Assembly: GCA_052035095.1 (NCBI GenBank)
Contig: JBPOHW010000007.1
Coordinates: forward strand, 1,705-65,704
DNA length: 64,000 nucleotides
Source: Candidatus Moraniibacteriota bacterium
Lineage (GTDB): Bacteria > Patescibacteriota > Minisyncoccia > Moranbacterales > UBA1568
Direction of reading: 5' to 3'
The translations under genes were made by a program, and so were the position numbers. The first letter of the stretch is position 1. Each line of letters begins with the position of its first letter. The notes under the pieces were generated by a model. That model searched no databases. It was not told where the DNA came from and saw only the letters and a program-made list of their open reading frames with translations. Of this stretch, positions 50,001 through 58,034 are shown one piece after another.

Positions 50001-50185
50001 CGAAAACGTCTGATTTTGAGTGCAGTTCGACCCGCTTCGCCAGAGCTACAGCGAGGCGAGGGAAGATGTGCGGAGTGGAATGAATTGTTTGGGAAACAAT
50101 TCATTGTATGTAAACATACAGCGTCCCCGCCGAGGCGGGGGAGCATCTGATCCCGCCAAGGCGGGACCAAAATCAGACGTTTTCG
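50001..50185. repeat. rod-like hairpin family C, copy 3 with nested small palindromes
   Basis: Perfect 18-bp arms CGAAAACGTCTGATTTTG / CAAAATCAGACGTTTTCG; TGCAGTTCGA, TGTATGTAAACATACA; abuts the stop codon at 50186. Confidence 0.75.
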
Positions 50186-50731
50186 TCATTTCTCGCACAC
50201 CAAGGCGTAGTGATAATCCCCCGCCGCAATATCCTTAACCGGAGAAAACCCGCATTCGGAGAGCATTTCAGTCAGTTTCGCGCGCGGAATCCGAAGCGAC
50301 TTCTCCGGTCCAAACGACGCTTCCGATTCATTCCATTCCATAATAAACAAAAATCCGCCGGGCTTGAGCACTCGATACGCCTCCCAGAGCATAATCGGCT
50401 TGTTCCTATTCTGAAAGAGCACATCTTTGAGAATGACCCAATCGAGACTCCCATCCGGCAATCCCGAGCCTCCTTCGCGTTCCAAATTGGCGCGCTTCGC
50501 GACAACATTCTTGAGTCCGAGCGCCTTCGCGCGGCTCGAAACCGCCTCGAGTGACGACGGTAAAATATCGAGCGCGTAAACGACTCCCTTCTCCCCGACC
50601 GCCCGCGCAAACGCAAGTGAAAAAAATCCCGATCCGCACCCGAAGTCCGCGACCGACGCATTGGCAAGCATATCCAACTGATCAAGAACCTCTTCCGGCT
50701 TGACAAAACTATTCGTCAACATCGTTCCCAT
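50186..50731 (-). CDS. class I SAM-dependent methyltransferase
   Basis: VADFGCGSGFF, YALDI, AYRVLKPGG; start codon uncertain. Confidence 0.88.
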   Translation of the reverse strand: MGTMLTNSFVKPEEVLDQLDMLANASVADFGCGSGFFSLAFARAVGEKGVVYALDILPSSLEAVSSRAKALGLKNVVAKRANLEREGGSGLPDGSLDWVILKDVLFQNRNKPIMLWEAYRVLKPGGFLFIMEWNESEASFGPEKSLRIPRAKLTEMLSECGFSPVKDIAAGDYHYALVCEK

Positions 50732-50846
50732 AAAAAAGAAGGTTGAAATATTTTCTTGCAAAAAGAACAACCGCATTGTACAACAGAAAGCGTAGGGGCG
50801 CAAAATTTTTCGCCCTTCCCAAAACACATATTGTCAATGGTCTAAC

Positions 50847-50931
50847 GGAGAGGTCGCATAGTGGCCGAGTGCGCTCGCTTGGAAAGCGAGTATACCGCAA
50901 GGTATCGGGAGTTCGAATCTCCCCCTCTCCG
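50847..50931 (+). tRNA. tRNA-Ser(GGA), CCA not encoded
   Basis: GGAGAGG/CCTCTCC stem, loop TTGGAAA, long variable arm ATACCGCAAGGTAT. Confidence 0.95.
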
Positions 50932-51007
50932 CAGAAAAAGTCCCTTTACAAAGCCGCGAAAAGGGTGCTACAGTGAGGGAAGAACGAAGAGAAATAAGGC
51001 TTTTCCT

Positions 51008-51592
51008 ATGCAAGGCGCGGGTTTTTTGTTGACACCGACGGCATTTTTGGGAATTTCCGCGACACTTCTCGTTCTGTTTCTCTTCATGGCGTTTTTCATC
51101 TGGAGACTGTTTCGCGCAACGCGAACGCTCGAGGAACGGCAAAAGATGTTCCTGAAAGGCAAAGACGGCGCCGATCTCGAGGCGGTAATCTCGCGCCATG
51201 ACAAGGAGATCGGAAATCTCGATACGGAAATTCAAGAGCTCTTCGAAATTTCCGAAAAAATCCGCGGACTCGCGATGATCGGCATTCACAAGGTCGGCAT
51301 CGTGCGCTTCAATCCCTTCCAGGATACCGGAGGCAATCAAAGCTGGAGCATCGCGCTCCTCAACGGAAGCGATACCGGTCTCGTCATTTCCTCCCTCCTC
51401 TCCCGCGAATCGGCACGAGTCTACGCCAAACCCGTCATTCAGGGTCACCACGGAGACTTCCCCCTCACCGCCGAGGAAAAGCGCGCCATCGAACTCGCCC
51501 GAAAGCCGAAAGAACTCACAAAAAAAGCACCAAATTCCAATCCGCCAGTTGGCGGACAAGTTCCAAATAATTTCCAAAGTTCAAAAACGTAA
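51008..51592 (+). CDS. DUF4446 family protein
   Basis: TM, then KVGIVRFNPF.DTGGNQS.SIALL..G.VISSL.SRE..RVYAKP..LTAEE. Confidence 0.85.
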   Translation: MQGAGFLLTPTAFLGISATLLVLFLFMAFFIWRLFRATRTLEERQKMFLKGKDGADLEAVISRHDKEIGNLDTEIQELFEISEKIRGLAMIGIHKVGIVRFNPFQDTGGNQSWSIALLNGSDTGLVISSLLSRESARVYAKPVIQGHHGDFPLTAEEKRAIELARKPKELTKKAPNSNPPVGGQVPNNFQSSKT

Positions 51593-51698
51593 ACGAAAAC
51601 GCCGCAAAAAAAATATGTTTTCGCTTTGTTTTTCATTGCTGGTTAGTTATTGAGTATTATTTGTATCTTGTAATTTGGAATTTGTTATTTCTCTCCCT

Positions 51699-53456
51699 AT
51701 GGATGAACCCAAAAAAACCGTCAAAATTCCTTCATCCGTCTCCGTGAAACGTCTCGCGGAAATTTTCGGTATGCCGGTCTCCTCGGTCATTATGGAGCTC
51801 ATGAAAAACAAGATCCTGGCAACCATCAATGAAGAAATAGACTTCGAAACCGCGAGCATCATCGCTCAGGACTTGGGGTTTGAAACCGAGGAAGACCTCG
51901 AAACCGGCGAGAGCGACACCTTTACCCTCGAGCGACTCCTCGAAATCTGTGCCCAAGAAAAAGCCTCCGGCAAAACGCTCGACAAACGCCCGGCGGTCGT
52001 CACCATACTCGGGCACGTCGATCATGGCAAAACCACCCTCCTCGATACGATTCGCAAAACCAATGTCGCCGGCAAAGAAGCGGGCGGCATCACGCAAGCG
52101 ATGAGCGCCTATCAGGTCAAAAAGCGCGGGAGCATCATTACATTCATCGACACACCCGGTCACGAAGCCTTCTCCTCAATGCGCGAACGCGGGGTCGCCC
52201 TCGCCGATATCGCCATCCTCGTCGTTGCCGCCGACGACGGCGTCCGCCCTCAGACCAAAGAAGTCATTTCCTACATCCTTGAACACCATATTCCCGCCAT
52301 TGTCGCCGTCAACAAAATCGACAAACCCGAAGCGAATATCCCGCGCGTCAAACAAGAACTCGCCGACAACGGCATCCTCATCGAGGAATGGGGCGGGACC
52401 TACCCCTTGGTCGAGATAAGCGCCAAACACGGCAAGAATATCGACAAACTCCTCGAGCATATTCTCTTGGTCGCCGACATACACGACTTCCGAAGCGATA
52501 CCAAACGCGACGGACTCGGCATCGTCCTCGAATCGCACCTCGATCCGCAAAAGGGTCCCGTCGCTGTCGCCCTTGTCAAAACCGGCACGCTCAAAGTAGG
52601 GCAAGACATCACCGTCGGAAGCGCGCACGGGCGCATCCGTCGACTCGAAGACTTTGCCGGCAAAAACATCGCCGTCGCACTCCCTTCAACCCCCGTCCAG
52701 CTCTATGGCTTGAGCGCGGCGCCCAATACCAATGACGTGGTCCAAGTCGTGGGAAGCAAAATCGCCGCGCGCCTCAAGTCTCGCGAACGTATGACAGGGA
52801 GCCTCGGCAAGAAAGAGCTCCAAACCGTCCAAGAAGACGGCGTCAAGAAATTCCCCCTCGTCGTCAAGGCGGATGTTCACGGCTCACTGGAAGCCTTGGA
52901 GCAAATATTCGGCACGATTCCCGCCGATGAAATCACGCTCGATATCGTCTCTCAAGGCGTGGGCGCCATCACCGAGTCCGACGTCAAAATGGCGGAAAGC
53001 GCCGGCGCGCTTATCGTGGGCTTTAACGTTGTGCCGACTCCCGTCGCGAGCCGTATGGCGGAAAGCGCGAAAATTGAAATACAGAGCTTCAGCATCATCT
53101 ACAAACTCGTCGAATTCGTCAAAGAAAAACTCTCCGCTCTCCTCCCGCCCGAAATAATCCGCACCGACCTGGGCGCGCTCGCCGTCCTTGCTGTCTTCAA
53201 AACCGGCAAACACGATATGATCGTCGGCGGCCGCGTGAATAACGGCAAAATCGTGAAGGGTTCGCAGATCGAAATACGGCGCGATGACGAAATCATCGGC
53301 ACGGGACGCCTCGCCAATCTCCAGCAGAACAAAAAGAACACCGATGAAGTAGGGAGTGGCAACGAATGCGGCCTCACCGTCGAAACCACAACCAAAATCC
53401 ACATCGGCGACACCCTTCTCTCCTTCACCATCGAGGAAAAACGGAGAACACTGTAA
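51699..53456 (+). CDS. infB: translation initiation factor IF-2
   Basis: GHVDHGKTTLLD, EAGGITQ, DTPGHEAF, NKID, KADVHGSLEAL. Confidence 0.98.
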   Translation: MDEPKKTVKIPSSVSVKRLAEIFGMPVSSVIMELMKNKILATINEEIDFETASIIAQDLGFETEEDLETGESDTFTLERLLEICAQEKASGKTLDKRPAVVTILGHVDHGKTTLLDTIRKTNVAGKEAGGITQAMSAYQVKKRGSIITFIDTPGHEAFSSMRERGVALADIAILVVAADDGVRPQTKEVISYILEHHIPAIVAVNKIDKPEANIPRVKQELADNGILIEEWGGTYPLVEISAKHGKNIDKLLEHILLVADIHDFRSDTKRDGLGIVLESHLDPQKGPVAVALVKTGTLKVGQDITVGSAHGRIRRLEDFAGKNIAVALPSTPVQLYGLSAAPNTNDVVQVVGSKIAARLKSRERMTGSLGKKELQTVQEDGVKKFPLVVKADVHGSLEALEQIFGTIPADEITLDIVSQGVGAITESDVKMAESAGALIVGFNVVPTPVASRMAESAKIEIQSFSIIYKLVEFVKEKLSALLPPEIIRTDLGALAVLAVFKTGKHDMIVGGRVNNGKIVKGSQIEIRRDDEIIGTGRLANLQQNKKNTDEVGSGNECGLTVETTTKIHIGDTLLSFTIEEKRRTL

Positions 53457-53561
53457 CATCCGACTTGAAACACACGAAACAAATACAAAACTCCGATACA
53501 TTCCGGAGTTTTGTTGGTATAATGTCACTATAGCTAACCTATATACTCTGAAAATTTCTAC

Positions 53562-53660
53562 CATGCGCGCTGAAACCGCGAAAAATAATTTTTCTCTAGT
53601 TTGCTCCGAGCCCAATGAGGAGCATGTGAGAAAAATTATTTTTCGCGGTCGAGGCAACGT
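53562..53660. repeat. structured repeat family B, copy 2
   Basis: Perfect 22-bp stem ACCGCGAAAAATAATTTTTCTC / GAGAAAAATTATTTTTCGCGGT; same loop motifs as 5844-5940. Confidence 0.85.
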
Positions 53661-53692
53661 TCAAAAGAGCAGAAATTGAACAAATTGAGAGT

Positions 53693-55396
53693 ATGATCGA
53701 TATGAAAGAATCACAAAAAATCCCCCTTCCCGTCCTTGAAACCCTTTTCGCACTTGAAAGGGCTGGGTTTGAGGCGTTTATCGTGGGCGGATGCGTGCGC
53801 GATCTCATCTTGGAAAGAGAGCCCAAAGACTGGGACATCACCACCAATGCCCTCCCCGAAGAAATTCAAGCCATATTCCCCGACAGCTTCTATGAAAACG
53901 TTTTCGGCACCGTCGGCGTAAAGGTCAGACCCTTCATGCCCAAAGGAAAAGAAGATCGCGAAGAAGACGTGATCGAAATCACCACCTACCGCGCCGAATC
54001 CGGCTACGACGACAAGCGCCACCCTTCAAACATTTCCTTCGTCAAAACCGTCGAAGAAGACCTTGCCCGCCGCGACTTCACGATGAACGCGATCGCGCTG
54101 CGAACTGACAACTCACAACTTACAACTGACAACGCTTCACAACTTCCAACTTCCAACTTCCAACCGACAACTCGCAACAAAAACACGACATTGAAATCCG
54201 AAATTGAAAATTGTGAATTGAACATTGAAAATTCCCTCCCGAACTACCCACTACCCACTACCAACTACCAACTTATTGATCCTTTCAACGGTCAACGAGA
54301 TATCAAAGACAAAACCATCCGCGCGGTTGGCGATCCAGACGCTCGCCTCGGCGAGGACGCGCTCCGAATGCTCCGCGCTGTCCGATTCTACGCCGAACTC
54401 CGCACGCCGACGCCGCTTCCCAAAGAGGCCTTTATGGAAAAGGGAAATGAAAGCGATTTGCTCCACCATTCATCCGACTGGACTATCGAATCGGAAACCT
54501 GTGCGGCGATCAAGCGGCGAGTCGGCGACATTCGCGCCATATCAATGGAGCGCATCGGAGACGAACTCGGGAAAATCCTCCTCTCACCAAGCCCCGCCCA
54601 CGGCATCGATATGTTGCGGAAAACCGGACTCTTGTCGCGCATCCTGCCGGAACTCGAAGCGGGCGTCGGCGTCGGACAAAATCTCCACCATATCTATACC
54701 GTCTACGAACACAATCTCCGCGCCCTCGCAACCTGCCCTTCAAAAAAGCTCGAAGTACGCCTCGCCGCCCTTCTCCACGACGTCGGGAAGCCCCAAACCA
54801 AGCGCGGCGAGGGCTACCGATCCACCTTCTACAATCACGACCATGTGGGCGCCCGCATCACCCGAAGACTCCTCGAGCGACTGCGCTTCCCCGCGAAACT
54901 CATCGCAAAAACCGTGCTCCTCGTTGACAACCATCTCTTTTACTATAATGTAGGGGAAGTGACCGCCGCCTCCGTCCGCCGCCTCATCCGACGCGTGGGA
55001 CTCGAGAATATGCGCGACCTGATGGACATCCGCATCGGCGACCGCCTCGGATCCGGCACACCCAAGGCAAAGCCCTACAAATTGCGCCACCTAGAATATA
55101 TGATCGAGAAGGTCTCAAATGATCCCGTCTCGGTCAAAATGCTCGCCATAAACGGCAGTGACGTGATGAAAGAACTCGCGATCACTCCGGGACCCAAAAT
55201 CGGCGCTATACTGGACGTCCTCCTTGCGGAAGTTATCGAAGATCCGACAAAAAACACCAAAGAATCCCTCTTCGAACGCGCCAAAGAACTCGAGAAAGAA
55301 GACTTGAACCGCCTCCGCGAACTCGCCAAAGACAAAATAGAAGAAAAACGCGCGTCAGACGATCAAAAAGTCAAACACAAACACTGGGTGCAGTAA
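53693..55396 (+). CDS. cca: CCA tRNA nucleotidyltransferase with HD domain
   Basis: VGGCVRD..PKDWDITT, EITTYR, DLARRDFTMNAIA, EDALRMLRAVRF, LLHDVGKP. Confidence 0.93.
   Translation: MIDMKESQKIPLPVLETLFALERAGFEAFIVGGCVRDLILEREPKDWDITTNALPEEIQAIFPDSFYENVFGTVGVKVRPFMPKGKEDREEDVIEITTYRAESGYDDKRHPSNISFVKTVEEDLARRDFTMNAIALRTDNSQLTTDNASQLPTSNFQPTTRNKNTTLKSEIENCELNIENSLPNYPLPTTNYQLIDPFNGQRDIKDKTIRAVGDPDARLGEDALRMLRAVRFYAELRTPTPLPKEAFMEKGNESDLLHHSSDWTIESETCAAIKRRVGDIRAISMERIGDELGKILLSPSPAHGIDMLRKTGLLSRILPELEAGVGVGQNLHHIYTVYEHNLRALATCPSKKLEVRLAALLHDVGKPQTKRGEGYRSTFYNHDHVGARITRRLLERLRFPAKLIAKTVLLVDNHLFYYNVGEVTAASVRRLIRRVGLENMRDLMDIRIGDRLGSGTPKAKPYKLRHLEYMIEKVSNDPVSVKMLAINGSDVMKELAITPGPKIGAILDVLLAEVIEDPTKNTKESLFERAKELEKEDLNRLRELAKDKIEEKRASDDQKVKHKHWVQ
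54102..54273. repeat. 7-nt periodic repeats inserted in frame in cca
   Basis: Successive ACAACTN, CCAACTT, AAATTGA and CCACTAC/CAACTAC arrays between NAIA and LIDPF. Confidence 0.88.
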
Positions 55397-55431
55397 GCTG
55401 ATAGCTGAAAGCCGACAACCAAAAGCTGGAA

Positions 55432-55502
55432 CGGGGCATCGTATACCGGTAGTACGCATGATTCGGGTTCATGTAGACTGGGTTCGATTCCCAGTGCCCC
55501 GA
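55432..55502 (+). tRNA. tRNA-Pro(CGG), CCA not encoded
   Basis: CGGGGCA/TGCCCCG stem, loop TTCGGGT, GTTCGATTC. Confidence 0.95.
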
Positions 55503-55647
55503 CTGAAGTGAAACGCAAGGAGTGGGCAAGCACGCCAACCTACCTACCGGCAGGCAGGCTGCTTGGCGTGCGCCTGGGAATCGAAGGGATTTTCCTTAAA
55601 TGGAAAATCCCAGGCTCGAAGAGGATTCCCAGTGCCCCAAAAAAGAT

Positions 55648-55974
55648 ATGAAATTCACCATCAAGGACATCACCGACAATCCCGTCAATCTCCTCCGGCG
55701 CGCCGGATATGCTTTTCAGTTCAAGAATGGCGAAGAATCGAGTTTCATTCGTCCCCTTGCCGCGGCAGGCTACCCGCGCTTCCATATGTACGTGAGGCTT
55801 CGCGGCGAAGACCTGGAAATAAGTTTTCATCTCGATCAAAAAAAGGAGACTTACGGCGACGATACCCGTCACCACGGCGAATACGAAGAATCCGGCGCCC
55901 TCAAACAAGAAGCCGACCGGATTAAGTCTTTTTTGACACCTGTCGACGAAAACTCAAGTTTCAGTCCCATATAA
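55648..55974 (+). CDS. conserved hypothetical protein
   Basis: LRRAGY..SFIR..GYPRFH.Y..HLDQKK..HHGEY, a motif pattern typical of a CPR-conserved small protein. Confidence 0.65.
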   Translation: MKFTIKDITDNPVNLLRRAGYAFQFKNGEESSFIRPLAAAGYPRFHMYVRLRGEDLEISFHLDQKKETYGDDTRHHGEYEESGALKQEADRIKSFLTPVDENSSFSPI

Positions 55975-56050
55975 GAAACGTTGTGGGGTATCAAATCAAA
56001 CACTTCTCATTCATTGCTCCCTGCTCATTGTTCATTGAAAATTGACCTCT

Positions 56051-56133
56051 GCCGGGGTGGCGAAATGGCAGACGCACCGGCTTTAGGAGCCGGCGATGGC
56101 AACATCGTGGAGGTTCAAGTCCTCTCCCCGGCA
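56051..56133 (+). tRNA. tRNA-Leu(TAG), CCA not encoded
   Basis: GCCGGGG/CCCCGGC stem, loop TTTAGGA, variable arm, GTTCAAGTC. Confidence 0.95.
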
Positions 56134-56234
56134 CAAAAAAACCGTCTCTCGATCAAAAAAACGTTCCGTGATACATTTTGAGCAGTGAAATAGCAGTACT
56201 CTTACCAACTTCTTTCTTCTCCCGGAGATATCCC

Positions 56235-56756
56235 ATGAAACCGATACGCGTTTTCACCCGTCTCTTGTATCTCCTCTTCATATCCATTCTGCTTTCAATA
56301 AGTACCTTCCCTCACATAAGTGAGGCGAAGGACTGGAAACCGATACGGGAAGACCCGTCTCCGTATTTTTTTCTTGATCGACAAAGAAACGAATGGATTC
56401 TCATAGAAGGAGTGTGCGCCAAAGACCGGTCGTTTCAAAAGGGGATATCGATATATCGAAGCGTCGATGGGAAAAGCTTCTCTCCGCTCGTAATCGAGGG
56501 ATACCGCACCGAAGAAATCTCCATCAACGGCAACCTCGTGCGTCGAAATTGGATCCTCCTCAAAGATCCGAAAGATGAAATCAAATACGAGCTCTCCCAC
56601 TCAAAAATTGAGTGGGAAAAAGAGCCTCGACAGAATTATGAGGCACTCCTCCTTACGAGTGATTCCTTTGGCGATAATGGTCAGAAACCTCATGAATACA
56701 CGCGAACACACCTCTCAGGTGAAGAGATCCGGTCACTCACCATCCAAAAACAATGA
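56235..56756 (+). CDS. secreted hypothetical protein
   Basis: SD GGAG; signal peptide MKPIRVF..SEA; terminator-like hairpin GCCGAATC..GATTCGGC plus T-run after it. Confidence 0.55.
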   Translation: MKPIRVFTRLLYLLFISILLSISTFPHISEAKDWKPIREDPSPYFFLDRQRNEWILIEGVCAKDRSFQKGISIYRSVDGKSFSPLVIEGYRTEEISINGNLVRRNWILLKDPKDEIKYELSHSKIEWEKEPRQNYEALLLTSDSFGDNGQKPHEYTRTHLSGEEIRSLTIQKQ

Positions 56757-56989
56757 GGAGACCAATGTCTCCCCACCCTTCCCGCCGAATCATTCAACAG
56801 ATTCGGCTTTTTTGTTTCTTTTCACTGTTTCAAGCGTCCAAAAAAGCCTTTTAAGAGAGGTGGTCAGTGAAAATTCTTTTGTCAAAAGTGAAAATTCCTT
56901 CCGCTCACCCTATTACCCATACTGTACAAAATGAGTACCGTACAAGAAACCCTCGTCTTCCTTCGTGACGAACTCGCACGACTGGAAGG

Positions 56990-58030
56990 CTAAAAATCCC
57001 AGCTTCCATTCAAACTGCTTGACTGGGTGTAGTTCACCACGGTCGTTTCGAAGAAGTTTCCTTTGTCATTGTTCACATTTTGGAGGCGATCGAGGTGCTT
57101 GTAGGGATTCGAGACCGCCTCGGGGTAGAGCGGCGCCATGCCAAGCATCGCGAGGCGGTTATTGGCGAGCCAGCGGGTGTATTCTTCCGTCTGCGCGCCG
57201 TTAATCCCCGGGATACGATCGCCCAGGATATGCTTTCCCCACGCGATTTCCTGCTCAACCGCCATTTCAAACATCTCACGAATGAGCTTCTCGTCGTAGA
57301 GTTTTGGAAATTCCTTGCGGATCTCTCGAAGAATATTGGCGAAGATCGTCACATGCGTGAGCTCATCGCGGCGAATATAGGCGATCATACGCCCCGTCGC
57401 GAGCATCTTCATATGATCGACGAGTGTATCGAAGAACGCGAAGCCATTGTAGAAATAGAGCGATTCCAAGAGGAAATTGGCGACCACCCCGCGAAAAAAG
57501 TTCGCGTCGGTCGGATCGTCGATGAAATCCTGATAAACTTGCCCGATCGCGGTATTCCTCGCGAGAAGTGTTTCGTCGGTACGCCAAAAATAGTATATCT
57601 CCTCGCGATCCCGACTCTCCACCACCGACTCGAGAATCGTCGCGTAGGACTGCGAGTGAATCGCCTCCTGATACGACTGAATGGAGAGAATGAGCTTCAC
57701 CTCGGGCGAGGTGATATAGTCTGCAAAGTGTGGGAGATTCACCGTCTGAATGGAGTCGAGAAAGGTGAGAAAGGAAATGATGCCCTTATACGCGCGCCGC
57801 TCCTCGCTCGAGAGGTCGGTTGAAAACATTCGCGCGTCATCCTTGAGCCCCGAAACCTTTTCCGGCACCCAGAAATTCCCCACCATCACCTGATAGAGCA
57901 CCTTCGCCCACGGATACTTCGTCGCGTTGAGATTGAACAATCCCGTCGTCTCCCCCTTGATAATCGTCCGCACCGACACCTCATCATTTCCCGCCGGGTT
58001 AAATATCGGCGACTTTTTCATTTCATTCAT
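56990..58030 (-). CDS. nrdB: ribonucleotide reductase class I beta subunit
   Basis: FWVPE, LDSIQ, EAIHSQSY (radical Tyr retained), LESLYFYNGF, RDELTH, NFFE..Y. Confidence 0.95.
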   Translation of the reverse strand: MNEMKKSPIFNPAGNDEVSVRTIIKGETTGLFNLNATKYPWAKVLYQVMVGNFWVPEKVSGLKDDARMFSTDLSSEERRAYKGIISFLTFLDSIQTVNLPHFADYITSPEVKLILSIQSYQEAIHSQSYATILESVVESRDREEIYYFWRTDETLLARNTAIGQVYQDFIDDPTDANFFRGVVANFLLESLYFYNGFAFFDTLVDHMKMLATGRMIAYIRRDELTHVTIFANILREIRKEFPKLYDEKLIREMFEMAVEQEIAWGKHILGDRIPGINGAQTEEYTRWLANNRLAMLGMAPLYPEAVSNPYKHLDRLQNVNNDKGNFFETTVVNYTQSSSLNGSWDF

Positions 58031-58034
58031 AAGT

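Noticed and set aside
54102-54273. Intein or intron in cca (and dnaG)
   Set aside because: The insertions are short low-complexity heptamer tracts without C/S..HN intein ends or group I/II intron features.
11758-56133. All five tRNAs lack encoded CCA
   Set aside because: Common in many bacteria and explained by the cca gene in this window.
56921-56993. 20-codon ORF MSTVQETLVFLRDELARLEG with a GTAC-n7-GTAC palindrome
   Set aside because: Possibly a gene remnant or operator, but too short to support a call.
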